Position numbers and translations under genes: made by a program. Below the pieces are notes generated by a model that saw only the letters and a list, made by a program, of their open reading frames with translations, made no database searches and was not told the origin of the DNA. Below, piece by piece: positions 63,901-64,000 of a stretch of 64,000 nucleotides of DNA. The stretch comes from Heptranchias perlo. Its lineage: Eukaryota. Each line of letters opens with the position of its first letter. The first letter of the stretch is position 1. The stretch covers positions 372,001 to 436,000 of the forward strand of contig NC_090369.1 in NCBI RefSeq assembly GCF_035084215.1, read 5' to 3'.

Positions 63901-64000
63901 CTGGGAGTGTTTGATGGGACAGTGTAGAGGGAGCTTTACTCTGTATCTAACCCTGTACCTGCCCTGGGAGTGTTTGATGGGACAGTGTGGAGGGAGCTTT
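48990..64000 (+). repeat. Large 63/68-bp satellite array (>15 kb) with higher-order repeats
   Basis: Unit ctgccctgggagtgtttgatgggacagtgtagagggagctttactctgtatctaaccctgtac; 68-bp variant carries an extra 5 nt; identical variant blocks recur kilobases apart. Confidence 0.97.

Overview
GC-rich, repeat-dense vertebrate genomic DNA, most likely from a cartilaginous fish (inferred from Deu-domain tRNA-SINEs, CR1 LINEs and intron-filling minisatellites). Four spliced genes can be reconstructed by hand; the ORF track misses most of them. (1) A dynamin-1-like (Drp1/DNM1L-family) gene on the minus strand, with 13 coding exons at 24731-2631, continuing off the left edge. (2) An emerin-like LEM-domain gene on the minus strand, with two coding exons visible, an apparent 1-nt frameshift, and its 3' part missing or hidden in an assembly gap. 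(3) A complete 207-aa RAB7A-like gene on the plus strand that lacks one intron found in human RAB7A. (4) A complete 99-aa LAGE3/Pcc1 (KEOPS) gene on the minus strand whose first intron is a U12-type GT-AG intron. Most long ORFs in the track are artefacts of tandem repeats. The last 15 kb is a 63/68-bp satellite with higher-order structure. The most striking observation is a 45-bp minisatellite built from the end of DNM1L exon 13 plus its 5' splice site. It gives about 37 in-frame, stop-free alternative donors at the start of the Drp1 variable domain.
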